Shown: positions 14,791 through 29,137 of the stretch, one piece after another
Numbering within the stretch: position 1 is the stretch's first letter
Layout of the letters: every line of letters begins with the position of its first letter
Origin: the human T2T-CHM13v2.0 reference genome, Homo sapiens
Assembly (NCBI RefSeq): GCF_009914755.1
Contig: NC_060947.1
Strand: one strand, 5' to 3'
Length of the DNA: 64,000 nucleotides
Notes under the pieces: generated by a model
What the model saw: only the letters and a program-made list of their open reading frames with translations
What the model was told of the DNA's origin: nothing
The model's database searches: none
Translations under genes and position numbers: made by a program

Positions 14791-15312
14791 ACCCTCCCCC
14801 CATACACAAAAACCCAGTAAAAAAAACAATAGCACACATCACAAGAATATGAAGGGAAAGATATAAATAAGAGAATAAATAAAAAATATAAATTATGAAG
14901 TGAATAGTGCAGTTGAGAAACTTAACATAACCAACAGTTGTTCTTTGAAAAACAACTAGGAAAAGAGGCACATGTGAGGCAATACTGACTAAGGAATAAA
15001 GAGACAAAAACAAATAAACATAAATGTAGAAGGGGGCAAAACTAGAGATAAAATACAGGTTAAAAAGAACAAAATACCACACTTCAAACACTGTGACATA
15101 GGGGCAAAGGTTAGGGGAAGGTTCCAGAATTTTGTGAAGGCTGGCTTACTAAGAAGTAAAAAAGGAGTGGCTCAAAGTCTTTCAACAGTTTAGAGCATCA
15201 AGCCCAGATAACTTTTATGGGATGTTCAAGAAACAGATCATCCCAGTTTTATGCAACCACAAAAAAAAAAAAAAAAAAAAAAGGAAATGGAAGAGTCCAA
15301 ACTCATATTTTA

Positions 15313-15535
<223 letters not shown>

Positions 15536-15874
15536 GTCTATTTCAGTTATGAATTACTTTCAAACATCTAAAGACATTTTTAACAAGTTTTATGCAACGG
15601 TGTATAAATAATAATATACCATGACCCATCTGGGTTTGTCTCTGTGCAATAGAGATTTCTTATTAAAAAGTCTAGAAATGAAATTTATCTCAGTTTTGGA
15701 TTAGGAGACAAAATAGGATCCTCTAAATGGAACAAGAAAAATCATTGATAATATTTAATTCTCATATCACAAAATATGCTGTAAATTAGAAATCAAATGG
15801 AACTTACTTAAGGGAGTAAAAGAACATAAACAAGAGCGTAAACACTGCCTTAAATGGAAGCACATTGTCTTTAT

Positions 15875-16197
15875 CTTTTTTTTTTAACCTTTATTTTATC
15901 TTCAGAGACAGTGTCTCACTTTGCTGCCCAGGCTGGAGGGCAGTGGCAAGATCTTAGCTCACCACTACAGCCTCCAATTTCTGGTGTCAAGCAATCCTCC
16001 CACCTCAGCTCCCTTAGTAGCTGGGCCTACAGGCGGCCACCACCATGCCTGCCTAATTTTTTATTTTTATTTTTTGTAGAGAAAGGATCTCAAAATGTTA
16101 CCCAGGTTGGTCTTGAACTACTGGGTTCAAGCAATCCTCCCACCTTGGCCTCCCAAAGTGATGAGATTAGAGGTGTGAGCTTCACCACACTCAGCCA
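15875..16197 (-). mobile_element. AluJ
   Basis: Diverged antisense dimer. Confidence 0.88.
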
Positions 16198-16890
16198 CAT
16201 TATCTTGAAATTAGAAATGACATGAAGATATGTGCCAGATGATATTTTACAAGTTTGGCAAATAGAAACAAATCAGCTGATAGTCAAGCCTAAGTTCTGA
16301 TGTGAATCCACAGTATCCCTGATGAATTCTGAGTGAGAAGAGTGAATCAGTGCAACCACTTTGGAAAACAGTTTAACATGATCTGTAAATCTAAACATCC
16401 CCAGAGCCTGTAGCTAACCACAGCACTCCTAGGTGTGTACCCAGTAGAAATTGAAACATATACGGTAGCCAATGGAAAAAATGTAGAACAATGCCTATAG
16501 CAGCGTGGCTCACAAACACAAACTCCAGAGACCATGCAGGTCACCTCTGATAATATCACAGTGTCTTCACATAACAAATCTTCATGTGCCACTCATTATC
16601 ACACATAGCACAGCACTGTGGGAAACGCTGCAGTGGTTTTACTCAACTAAAATCATGAGCTCAACAAGATTCCAAACTGAGGTTTACTTTTTTTTTTTTT
16701 GGAAAATTTAAGGCAATAAGAATAAAAGCATATGCATGTTTAAAAATAAATGCCAGTCAAACAAAGCCTCATTTGAGAAAGAAAGGAAGGAAGAATATCC
16801 TAAACATAAGATTCATGATTTTTATGGACTGAATGTTTGTGTCACTCCTAAAATCCATATGCTGAAGTCCTAAACCCCAAGGTGATAGTA

Positions 16891-17235
16891 CAGACAATTG
16901 GAAATTAGGATGATTTGACTTATGATGGTATGAAAGTGATCACATTTAGTAGAAACTGTACTTCAAGTATCCATACATCCTGCATCTTTCACTTTTAGTA
17001 GAGGATTCAAAAAATTACAGGAGATTTTCAGCTCTTTAATAAATAATAGACATCAGATTAGAGGATTGTGCCCACGTATAGGCTAATGTAAGTGTTCTGA
17101 GCATGTTTAAGGTAGGCTGGGCTCAGCTTTGACATTTGGTAGGTGAGGTATATTAAACGCATTTTTTATTTACAATATTTTCAACTTATGATGGGTTTAT
17201 TTGGATGTAACCTCATGTTAGTCAAGGAGCATCTA
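16891..17235 (-). mobile_element. MER47A (TcMar-Tigger DNA transposon)
   Basis: CAGAC...CATCT termini with TA on both sides; TAGGCTAATGTAAGTGTTCTGAGCATGTTTAAGGTAGGC core. Confidence 0.8.
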
Positions 17236-17503
17236 TATTAGAAGGTGGGGCCTTTGAGAGGTTATAAGATCATGAAGGTGGAGCCCTCATGAATGGGATG
17301 AGTGCCCTTATTAAGGAGACCCCAGATTGCTCATTGGCCCTCTTTCTGCTATATAAGGATAGAATTACAATGAGCAGATGCCAGTCTGCAACCAGGAAGA
17401 ATCCAGGAAGATCCTCCCCAGAATCCTACCATGTTGGGAACCTGATCCTAGCCTCCAGCCTCCAGAACAGTGAGCAATAAATGTCTGTTGTTTATAAGCC
17501 ACC

Positions 17504-17865
17504 TGTATTAATCTGTTTTCACACACGGCTATAAAGATACAACCTGAGACTGGGTAATTTATAAAGAAAGAAAGTTTAATTGACCCAGTTCCATATGGCT
17601 GGGGAGGTCTCAGGAAACTTACAGTCACGGTGGAAGGGGAAGCAGGTGTGTCCTACTTGGTGGCAGGAGAGAGAGGGAGAGAGCGAAAGGGGAAGAGCCT
17701 CTTAAAAACCATCAGATCTCATGAGAACTTACTCACTACCATGAGAACAGCATGGGGAAAACCAGCCCCAAGATCTAATCACATCCCATCAAGTCCCTCC
17801 CTTGACATGTAGGGATTACAATTCAAGATGAGATTTGGTTGGGGACACAGAGCCAAACTATATCA
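17504..17865 (-). mobile_element. THE1 (THE1D-like) solo LTR
   Basis: TGTATTA...ATATCA antisense termini, perfect CCACC TSD. Confidence 0.9.
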
Positions 17866-18474
17866 CCACCCAAGTCCATGATATTTTATTATAGCAGCTC
17901 AAATGAATTAAGACAATCATGATGATTAACTTAGAAGGGAAAGATGGGTTTGTGAGGAGATCATTGAATAAATTAATGTATTGTCATGGTATTGACTTTT
18001 GTTTGGTGTGGTGGTTTGTAGATGCTTACTGCATTGTATGCAATATCAAATTAAATAACTAAATGAAACTCAATGAAAGGCACCACCGAGGGCCAGTCAT
18101 CAGTGTGCATGACCCAGATATTATGATGCATCAAATTCTGCACATCCATGTGCCAATATAAACCAGATGTAGCAGTTTGCCAGAGAAACTTTGTGAAGAA
18201 GTTTATTCTGGGAGAATGAGCAATGGAGATAATGTGCATAGGTACCCAAAGCATGAGCACCCTATACAGGGTTTGAGAAGCATGCTTGGGAGTGATGCCT
18301 CTGTAAGTTTGTGTGCACAAGAGGCCAAGAGCTTCTCAGGCCAGAGAGCAGGGTCTTAATGGTGTACTCTGTGAATTTTTACAATAAACAAAGGAAAGGG
18401 GAATTAAAGGCAAAAATAGGGAATAGGGTATTGCTTTCCTAAAAACCACTTTCTGGGAACTGTATCAAAAATTC

Positions 18475-18747
18475 TTTTTTTTTTTTTCACTTCTTGAGAC
18501 AAGGCCTCACTCTGTCACCCAGGTTGGAGTGCAGTGGTGCAATCACAGCTCACTGTAGTCTCCACCTCCCTAGCTCAAGTGACCACCACAACTGGCTATT
18601 TTCTTAAATGTTTATTTATTTATTTTTGTAGAGAGGAGGTCTCGCTTTGTTGCTCAGTCTGGTCTTGAACTCCTGGGCTCAAGTGATCCTTCCACCTCAG
18701 CCTCCAAAAGTGCTAGCAGTACAGGCATGAGCCACCACACCCAACCC
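18475..18747 (-). mobile_element. AluJ with internal deletion
   Basis: Antisense Alu; part of the right arm is missing. Confidence 0.85.
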
Positions 18748-19184
18748 ATTTAAAAAATGGTTAATGTAGCAATTTGTTTATTGTGCTGAGAGCAGCAATG
18801 ACATATGCTTGGATTTCGGGAATATAGATATGTTTCCTGTCAAGTAAAGAATCATAAAGGAGAGTTCTCAGTTCTTAGCCCTAACACACATCCACCAGCA
18901 CATAGAAGATACACACAATTTATTTTGGGTGAATATCAAGTCTCTTATTTTTACTCCTATACACATCCATGAGAAAGCTGGTTTCAAAAAATTAGGTAAA
19001 GTTGCCCAGTCAATCATGTATGCATTTGCATGTCTATATTAGTCTTCCCCAAAATAAAAAATATATATATATAGTTTTTTTTTTTCTAAATGCTTTTCTA
19101 GTTTATCACTCTGAAACCGCATTTGACTAACATTATAACTTGGGGTTGGTGAATATTTTCTGAAAGATATATATTTTTACATGT

Positions 19185-19590
19185 TTATTTTCTTTTTTAA
19201 ATAGACAAAGAAAATTTCATATATTTACCATGGATGACATGATGGTCTGAAGTATATATACAATGTGGAATAACTGAATTTAGCTCATTAACAAATGTAC
19301 TACCTCACATAGTTATAATTTTTGTGGTGAGAAAACTTTATAGCCACTCTCTTAGCATTTTTCAAGAATACAACATGTTATTACATGTAGCCACCACATT
19401 GTACGATAGATCTCTTGAACTCATTCCTCCTGTCCAATTGAAATTTTGTATCCTTTGGCCAACATCTCCCTAACCCCCAACATCCCCTGCTAACCACCAT
19501 TCTACTCTCTACTTCCGTGATATAAAGATTTTTAGATTCTACTTATGAATGAGACCATACGCCGTTTGTTTTTCTGTGCCTGGCTTAAAA
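19185..19590 (-). mobile_element. L1MA 3' end
   Basis: ACCACCATTCTACTCTCTACTTC...TTAGATTC...TTTCTGTGCCTGGCTT typical of antisense L1MA 3' UTR. Confidence 0.8.
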
Positions 19591-20577
19591 TAATAGGTGT
19601 CTTAGGCTTACAAACTAAGAAACAGCAAAGACATGAATTCTGTGGTTTCCACGCATTTATTTTTGTATAAATACAGTTAGTCCAAAATGCTGAGATGATT
19701 TAATGAAGTTAAAGTATACCCAGAAATTAGAAATCCCTTTGGTCAATATAGACTACTGAAAGTTATTGGGGTTATGGCATGTTTGTGTGTGAGTTTGTGT
19801 GCACCAGAGGCCAAGAGCTTCTCAGGCCAGAGCTCTTCTCCATATTTTTCTAAATGAAAGGAACTAGTGCTATTTCCAAACAAACTCATATATTGAGTAT
19901 TTAACACAAATATCTTAATATGTGGCAGTTTGAGACTAATGAAAATGTGAATCACATATATTTTCAATCAAAGCTGGTCATGAATAGTTTTTTTTTTTTT
20001 AATCTACATAAATGTCTGTGCCAAATCTTACCTCTCTTAAGGAACACACTTTTTCTTCATGCCTCAGCTCGGACAGAGTGATCTAACCTGCCCACTCTCA
20101 GATACATTGGCTACAAGAGATAAACAATAATTTTAAATAGAAAACTCAAATTAGAAGGACCCTGAATATTGAGGAGTCTATTGTTGACTCCTAAGACACA
20201 AGATGAGGGCCATGCCCTCTCCTCCTTCTCTAATTTCTACCCAGCAGACCCGAGCACACACATCGTCTGGTTGAAGGTAAAAAATTTATCATTTGCCTTC
20301 TGGAAAAGTTTTTCCCAATGTAGTGTTCACTACACCATTTGGGAAGTTTGCTAAAATAAAGATCCTTGCATTCTACACCAAGAGAATTAGTTCTTTGATG
20401 ATGGGTGAGAAATGCTCCTAAAAAATCTGGTACTTCAACAAGCACTGCAGGTAAACCTCATTCAGATAAAATACATGAAGACACCCTGCATTCAAAACAG
20501 AGGCTTTAGAGCCTTCAAATGCTTATGGGTCTAGAATGTTCAGCAAGTGACTCTCTTTATTCACTGAGCTTGGCTAA

Positions 20578-20971
20578 TGTCCTAGTGTGTTTTGTGTTGC
20601 CATGAAAGAATATCTGAGTCTGGGTAATTGATAAAAAATTTATTTGGCTCATGATACTACTGGCTGGAAGATTGTGCACCTGGTGAGGGCCTAAGACTGT
20701 TTCTGTTCATGGCAGAAGGGGAGATGATTTGTGCAGAGATCACGTGGTGAGAAAGGAAGCAAGAGAGAGCGCAAGTGAGCTGCCAAGCTCTTTTAAAGAA
20801 CCAACTCTTGCAGGAACTAATACAACTCACCCATTACTGCAAGGATGGCATGAAGACATGCAAGAGGAATCCAATCCCAGGACCCAAACACCTCCCGTTA
20901 GGCTCCACCTCCAACATTGGGGATTCAATTTCAACATGAGGTTTGGGAAGATAAACATCCAAACTGTAGCA
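20578..20971 (-). mobile_element. MST-type MaLR solo LTR
   Basis: TGTCCTAGT...CCAAACTGTAGCA; AGGCTCCACCTCCAACATTGGGGATT motif. Confidence 0.75.
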
Positions 20972-21631
20972 ACCAACCTTCCAGCTGAGTGGGTAGCAAG
21001 AATGGAAATGCTGAGGAGATTGATGGGGACAGCTGATAAAATAAAGGAGCAATGTAAAAGGATGAGGGGGCTGGGTGGTTCTTGATCCAAGAAAAGGCTT
21101 ACCTAATTTCCCCCTATAATTAGGACTAATATTGGAAAGTGCATGGTATGCAAAGAGTACACAGTGATTTGTAAAAGCCTGTGGATTCTCCAAGACAAAG
21201 ATACATTTTCCAATAATTAGGAAGTCCTCTCTCATGAGCACACTTCCCTATCAGGGGTGGTTCCATAGGGATCCCAGTTTTGGCATGCTTTATCAGGCTA
21301 CATTAGGTCTCCACCATTCAAATTGATGTGTATATCTGATCTGAGGTTTTGAACAGAGTTAACAGTCAGAGATTGTGCATTTCTTTTCTATAAGGAAACA
21401 TTTCATAAGGTCTGAAGTCATTATTTTGCCATTAGCAAATGCCTATTAATGCCCTTGCAAGCATTTTAATTTTTACTTTGTGGTGTATGCCATTCTCTTT
21501 GGCAGACACTGAAAAAGGAGAGAATTTTAAATGCTGTTTTGGGTCTGATGTGCATGCCATCATTTGCATAGGCTATAATTAAGCTAGTACAGAATTCTCT
21601 TGGTTTTGAGCTGCCAGGTTTTATTGCTTCT

Positions 21632-21983
21632 CTTTCTCTTTCTTTCTGTCTTTCTCTCTCTCTTTCTTTTTCTTTCTTTCTTTCTTTTCTTTTTTTTTTT
21701 TTTTTGACATGGAGTCTCGCTCTGTCGCCCAGGCTGGAGTGCAGTAGCGCTTTCTTGGCTCACTGCAAGTTCCGCCTCCCGGGTTCACGCCATTCTCCTG
21801 CCACAGCCTCCTGAGTAGCTGAGACTACAGGCGCCCACCACCACGCCCACTAATTTTTTGTATTTTTAGTAGAGATGGGGTTTCACCGTGTTAGCCAGGA
21901 TGGTCTTGATCTCCTGACCTCATGATCTGTCCGCCTCGGCTTCCCAAAGTGCTGGGATTACAGGCGTGAGCCACCGCGCACGT
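21632..21983 (-). mobile_element. AluY with (TTTC)n-expanded tail
   Basis: Y-diagnostic GCAAG..CCGCCTCCCGGGTTCACGCCATT and GTGTTAGCCAGGATGG; CCAGGTTTTATTG(C/T)TTCT TSD. Confidence 0.92.
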
Positions 21984-22449
21984 CCAGGTTTTATTGTTTC
22001 TAAATTCCACTTTTGTATAAAAATGAATGACACCTATGCCTTTTGAGATATAACTCCCAGGAAACACACACACACACAAACACACACACATGCACTCCAC
22101 CCTCTTTGAGAGATGAAAACAGAAATTAAGAAACAATGTGAAAGACTAAGCATTCATTTGAAAAAAAAAAATGTGAGATTCTGAGATGTCTTTAATTAGA
22201 AAATATAAAGAAATCAACAGATCCCCCATTGCCAGTCATGAGGGCAATTAATGTAATAGACTTAATAAGTACAATATCACATAAACACCCCCATCTCCTA
22301 GACAACTTGGTGTTTTGTCTTTGAGTCTTCAGCAACTAACACAATATCATTGAAATTATTTGATGAATGAATTAATTTATTTCAAGTTGTTATTAGGTCT
22401 TTACTTTTTTTTTAAATGAGTGCATAGTATATTATACATCATTTATAAG

Positions 22450-22720
22450 GAATTTATTTTCTTAGATATGTGTTAGGTTCAGAGCATAATTGAGTGGATG
22501 GTCCAGAGAGATCGCACATATCTCCTGCCCTCACACATGCACTGCCTCCGCAATTATCAACATCCCCCACCAGAGTGGCACATTTGGTATAGTTGATGAA
22601 CCTATATTGACACATCATTGTCACTCAATGTCCATAGTTTACATGAGGGTTCACCCTTGGTGCTGTACAGAACGTGGGTTTGGACCAATGTATAATGACA
22701 TGGATCCACCATTACAGTGT
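22450..22720 (-). mobile_element. L1MC/L1MD-type 3' end fragment
   Basis: CCCCCACCAGAGTGGCACATTTG...TTGATGAACCTATATTGACACATCATT motif. Confidence 0.7.
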
Positions 22721-23442
22721 CATATTTGTAGGGCTACGTAATTACAGCGTGATTATACTCTTGGGACTGTACAGCACTTTTGTTCATGGGGATTTATTTT
22801 TCAGTTGAATTCCTACTACTTTCAAACACAGATTATATTTGTCTGATATTCTAACTGCTTTAGAAATCTCCTGTCTCCATATCAAAAGCTCCCCAAACTG
22901 TGCTCTTCTTCTTCATTGTTTCTTTCTAAAAAGTTAGAAAATAGCATCACTCCCTTCAGAAGTGTCGAATAATGGAGATATCTGCCCAGGAAAACTTTTT
23001 GTGTCAACTGTCAAATAAAAAATGTAGCAGTTTACTCTGATGCAGTGATAATGTATTAAACTGTGGAATTACGAAAGTGTAATTTGTTATAGGAGAAAAT
23101 GATACTTCCACTCTTAAGGCAAAATTTTGACCCAACTGGGCAACATAAAGGCACAATTCCTGTCTCAATTAATTGTCAATCTTAGCAGTAGCCTTCTCTG
23201 TTTTCACAACTTAACAATTACTTTGGTTAAAATAATGTAATCCCTATCAAACAAGATTCTCTAGAATATTAGGAATTACTAAATGCTAGGCATTACTTTC
23301 TCATATGTGAACCACTTTCATCGATAATTTCTAGAAAACTTCCTTGAGGTGGTAGAATTTGGAACATGTTTAGAAGATAGAAGAAGAGTTCAGATGCTGT
23401 CTGCTTTAAAATTGTCAAGATAACCAATATTAAGATCCTCAA

Positions 23443-23548
23443 GGGCCTGGTTCGCACCTGTAATCCCAGCATTTTGGGAGACCTACAGGGAGGATCATTT
23501 GAACCCAGGGATTCAAGACCAGCCTGGGCAACATAGTGAGACCCCCAC
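23443..23548 (+). mobile_element. FLAM/Alu left monomer
   Basis: CCTGTAATCCCAGCA...ACCAGCCTGGGCAACATAGTGAGACCCC. Confidence 0.85.
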
Positions 23549-24619
23549 CTCCTCACACACATATACAATCCTCAAAATGTAGACTTTTAGTGTGAATTTC
23601 CTCATGCCTCTTAAATCAGCTACATATCAGAATTGTGTGGATAGCAAGAAAGGGAGATTTTCAATGTAACATTTAAAAAATGTTAAATGTCCGAAATTGC
23701 AAATCAAATTATACAGGCACATCTTATCATATACCCATTTTTATTTGTGATGAAGTAGGCATTAGGATAGGAAGAAAATAAATTAGTAATTCTGAGCAGA
23801 AAATGAGATTTGATTTACAACACGAACATCAATTCTGGGCACAGCCTGCAACTCTTAATGTTTCTTTAAATTGAAATTGATCTGCTTTTCTCAAAGAATA
23901 TAATTTGAAGCACCTTACAACCAATTATCCTGGAATGAAATTATTTAAAATGTACACAGGACAAGCTACATTTGTTAATATGTACCCAGTTCATTTGCTA
24001 ATGTAGACCATAACAATTTTTGAAGGTGTTTATAGAATTGCCAATAGATATTCAACAGAAATCTATTGGATTTATGGTAAAAGCGAGTACTGTAGTGCTT
24101 ATTTCAATGCATTTTTTTTTTTTTGCTTTAAATTATTAAGGAGGCTTAGAGTGTTGCAGATGAGTGTTGCCAGATACAACAGTAAGACTTGATTAGATAC
24201 CAAGAAATAATCTTGAAAACTTATTGAAGGCATAGCAAGGATTTACTCAACACTCTTCTAAGCTTAAGTACTTCTAAACATTAACTAATATTTCTGGGTC
24301 TGAGGTTTCCATGTCTTTCAGAATAAAACTGCTCATCCTCTCAAATGAAGAGTCATTATCTGCAGTGGTTCTGCTGTCATCCTGATTTGAGTTTGAAAAC
24401 ACAGGCTGCCTTTGCAAGTCCATGCCTCACTGGGTCCTGAAGAGAGTGCATTTGTCCTGTTTAGGAAAACAGGTTCCCAGGAGGAAATCACCACGGTGGG
24501 AAAACATTTCAGAAGACTTGTGTCTTGCGGGCTTCTTGTTCAATAAAGCTCTGCTGTCCCCAGTCCAGCAGAATCCAATTTCCAGAAAATAGAGAGGAAG
24601 AGGATTTCATTTGCTACAT

Positions 24620-24925
24620 TGTTTTTTCTTTTGCAACTTTTATGTTAGATTCAGAGGGCATATGTGCAAGTTTGTTACTTGGTTATATCATGTGTTGCTG
24701 AAGTGTGGGGTACAATTGATCCCATCACACAGGTACTAAGCATAGCACCCAACAGTTAGCTTTTCAACCTTTGCCCCCCTCCCTCTCCCTCTAATAGCCC
24801 CCAGTGTCTAGTGTTCCCATCTTTATGTCCACGAGTACACAATGTTTAGCTCCCACTTATAAGTGAGAACATACAGTAATGGGTTTTCTGTTTCTGCCTT
24901 AATTCACGTAGGACAATGGTTTCCA
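24620..24925 (-). mobile_element. older L1PA 3' end, abutted by a ~50-bp sense Alu 5' fragment (24926-24975)
   Basis: GTTTAGCTCCCACTTATAAGTGAGAACAT antisense L1PA 3' UTR. Confidence 0.8.
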
Positions 24926-26801
24926 GCTCACAGTGGCTCACACCTGTAATCCCAGCACTTTGGGAGGCTGAGGACAAGATTTTGGGCCCATTGTCCACTT
25001 TGGAAATCATTTTGAAAATAAAGGACTGGCCATGGTTTCTTCTACCTTTCATCTTCCTTAACGCGTTACTGATACCTAATTTTTCTCTATCTCTATATGT
25101 ATAGCAGTGTGTGCATGTGTATGCCTGTGTGTGTATGTGGGGTTTTTTTTCACCTATTCCTCCAAACCCTTCTCAAAAAAATTGGTGAGTTATTTTCATT
25201 TGAGGAATAAATTCATTGCACAAATTTGAGAGACTCAGCTCTATGAATAAGAATCAGAAGTTACCCAGGAAATATATATATATATATATATATATATCTC
25301 CCAAGAGATTTCTGGAACGAAGTTTGCTACTTTCTCAACAACACTAATATTTGCAGCAAAATATGATTTTGATTTAAAGCAGTCCTTCAGTCATAAAATT
25401 GAAATCTATGAACTCTTTTGGACACAGCTTTGATAGACTTGATTTCCTGAGCAATTTTGCCATCTGTCATGAAGCTGTAAGCACTGACCTGAGCTATTCA
25501 TCTTCATTCACTTACAGAGTAGTTCTTTTACACAGAAGTCCCTGAGATTGTAGGAGGGTTTTTGATTTACACAGAATTATGGGACGTGTCCTCTCAGATT
25601 CCCTCAACTACAGCCCTGATAAGTAGCCATAAAGGAAATATGCTCCATTAGGTCTGAAGCTCAGAAAAGTCTGATGCCACATCTAAGGCTGTCTATGCCA
25701 CTTTGTACCACCTCTGAGGTGTCTGCCCAGCAAGCATTTTGTTTCAAAAAAGATGATTGCACAGTTCTGCATAAATTGAAAAGTGTCATATAATCTCAGG
25801 GTCCTCCATGGAAAAGAACTACTCTGTTAAGTGAATAGAAATGAACAGCATAAGTCTGTGCTTGTGGCTTCTTGACAGATGGCAAAATGTATCAGAAAAC
25901 CAAGTCTAGCATGAGTAAGTTAAACAACATTGATATTTGCGAAGTAAACTATCTTTATCTAAAATCCTACAAGGAGGCAAAGAAATATGAACAAGGGAAG
26001 TCACAGAAAGAATCTGTATGGCACCAAAGCAGGACGAAGAAAAATGAATGTGTGGGATGATACAGCCACAGAGAATTGGGCTCAATCTGGCAGGGTGCTC
26101 TGTTAGAAATATGTGGGAGAGGGGATTGCATTGTAGTCCTTCTAGGCAGTAACTCTTGGTGTAAATCCATGATAACATCTTACTGGAATGAGTTATTTTC
26201 CCCTTCATAAAATCTGGCAGGGTGTGTGTTTATGTCTGTGATCTGCCATCCTGTTTGGGTAAAGACCTATTCCTTCCTTCACACCAATCCAACTGCAGCA
26301 GTCAGGGTCTAATAAATGCATATAGATGCGTTAGGTTAAAAAAAAAAAAAAGCCCTCAGCATGCTCCATTAATTTAGATGCTCCGAAAAGTACATAATGC
26401 TCAAAAGATTTAATCTTCTTGGGGGCACCCAGAGATTTGAGGAAACAAAAGAAACTGCACATTGGGTGATAGCTTAGTTCCTATGAGTTAAAATATTTCT
26501 TTAAGTTATTTTGTTGAAATGGCCACCATGATTGAGCAATCCGTAAAAAAAAAATTAATTTGAAGAACCTCAAAGAATTTTCCATCTGGAAGATACTACT
26601 GGGATTAGTAAAAAACATGATAGCTGCATTGAAGTATGTGGAAATGGCTATATCTAGGTACAAACGCATTTGTTCTAATTAATTTACAGAAGGAGAGCAA
26701 AGATGAAGAGTGAGTTGATGAAGATAAATTGATAATAAACTAAGTATATGGTATGTTCTTTATATCTCTGCACTGAACATATAGAAATGATTAAAACTGT
26801 A

Positions 26802-26824
26802 TTAAGTTGGTGCCGCCAACCTAA
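26802..26824. mobile_element. collapsed MADE1 (mariner MITE) remnant
   Basis: TA-TTAAGTTGGTGC-CGCCAACCTAA-TA: both TIR tips fused, TA TSDs. Confidence 0.6.
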
Positions 26825-27179
26825 TATAAACGTACACACACTTATGTATATAGCAATGACTGTATTTAGTATGAGGATTTCTCAGGAAGACCACACATAC
26901 AGGTAATAGACAGGAAACAGATGGAAAGAAGCCAGAACTTGGAGGAAGCATCAGAATGCTGGGCATGACAGGAAGTTCTGCTAAGTGTGAAGAAGCAAGG
27001 CACTGCAAACAGGGAAAGGGAAAAAGGAGAAGGCAGATTACTAGGTATGGGAACCTGGGCTACTACAAGAGCAGAATCTGGACTTATGGATCCGGTAGCA
27101 AACTCACATGAATTAGATTAGCAATGTTGAGGATGGTTGACTCCAGGTGAGAACAGAGAACATGCAAACTTATTTTCGA

Positions 27180-27400
27180 AACTGGGCACCTATGGACACA
27201 AAGAAGAGAAAAACAAACACTGGGACCACTCAGGGATAGAGGGAGGAAGGAGAATGAGTAACAAAAAGCTATCTATTGGGTGCTGTGCTTATTATCTGGG
27301 TGGTGAAATAATCTGTACACCAACCCCCTGCAACATGCAATTTACCCATGTAACAAACTTACACAGGTACCCCTGAACCTAAACCAAGAGTTTAAAAAAA
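27180..27400 (+). mobile_element. older L1PA 3' end
   Basis: GAAATAATCTGTACACCAACCCCC...TTTACCCATGTAACAAAC...CCCCTGAACCTAAA plus A tail. Confidence 0.82.
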
Positions 27401-27837
27401 TGAAGAGTCTGAAAGCTAACATCTATCACCCATCTAAATAGCATAAAATCTGCCAAGAGCTAAATGTGCATCCCACACCAGAAAGTCTAAACAAGGGCTC
27501 TATCAGAGAGATAAGAGAATCTCAACTTAATGATGAACACATACTTAACATGAACAGCTAAGCATTATTGATGCATTCAAGAGCCATAAACCAAACTGAT
27601 GCATGTGTCTTCAAAATCAATGACCATTTGAAAATAATGCCCATCATGCAATAGAAATTATACATTTGATAATCCAAAGAACTCCATCTAAGTGAAGAGT
27701 TGATCAAGGAAACAGAAAAATATATTTAATTAAGTGTACTTAATATATTCAAAGATATAAATAAGAGAACTGGGTCTTTACAACAACAGTCATTGTCATA
27801 AAAACACAAGAGATAGCTTGTAAAAAAATAACAGATT

Positions 27838-28147
27838 GGGCAGGGTGTGGTGACTGTAATCTCAGCACTTTGGGAGGCCGAGGTGGAGGGACTGCCTGAG
27901 CTAAGAAGTTTGAGAGCAGCCTGGATAACATAGCAAAACCCTGTGCCTACCAAAAATAAAAACAATAGCTGGATATGATGGTGCATGCCTGTGGTCCCAG
28001 ATGCTTGGGAGGCAGAGACGGGATAATTGCTTGAACCTGGGAGACGGAGGTTGCAGTGAGCCACTGCACACCAGCCTGAGTGACCGAATGAGACTCCGTC
28101 TCAAAAAAAAAAAAAAGAAAAGAAAAGAAAAAGAAAACGAAAAGAAA
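27838..28147 (+). mobile_element. Alu (AluJ/old AluS)
   Basis: Sense dimer with A/GAAAA tail. Confidence 0.88.
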
Positions 28148-28180
28148 GGCAAAAACCATAATTACTTTTGCACCAACCTA
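28148..28180. mobile_element. MADE1 half element
   Basis: GGCAAAAACCATAATTACTTTTGCACCAACCTAA-TA matches the MADE1/Hsmar1 TIR. Confidence 0.8.
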
Positions 28181-28500
28181 ATAACTTTCTGGCCCCTGTT
28201 TTAGGTTTTTGTTTTTTTCTTTTCTTAATATCATCAGTGTCACTTGGGAGATAATGAAAAGCTTAGGTCCACCAAGACCTGTAGAAATAGGAGCCATCTT
28301 GAAGACACCTAAGTGCAACATATTAAAATGCATTGCTATCCATTCTGCTATGCAATATTGCCCTGTACGATTCAGAGAAAGTAAGGTGGGTTATTCACTG
28401 TAGCCCTAATGTTTGCTGCATGAGTAAACAGACATGCACACACACACATTCATACACATGCATATGCACACACACAATAATGTTTGAAAAGTACCGCTGT

Positions 28501-29137
<637 letters not shown>

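Larger units (their letters stand above)
16820..17915 (+). mobile_element. MLT1A-type MaLR LTR split by MER47A and THE1 insertions
   Basis: TATGGACTGAATGTTTGTGTC start, GGTGGGGCCTTTG continuation after MER47, AATAAA, end TAAGACA. Confidence 0.8.

Noticed and set aside
26084-26224. 14-bp direct repeat AATCTGGCAGGGTG 127 bp apart as a possible TSD
   Set aside because: No poly-A tail, termini or recognisable element between the copies
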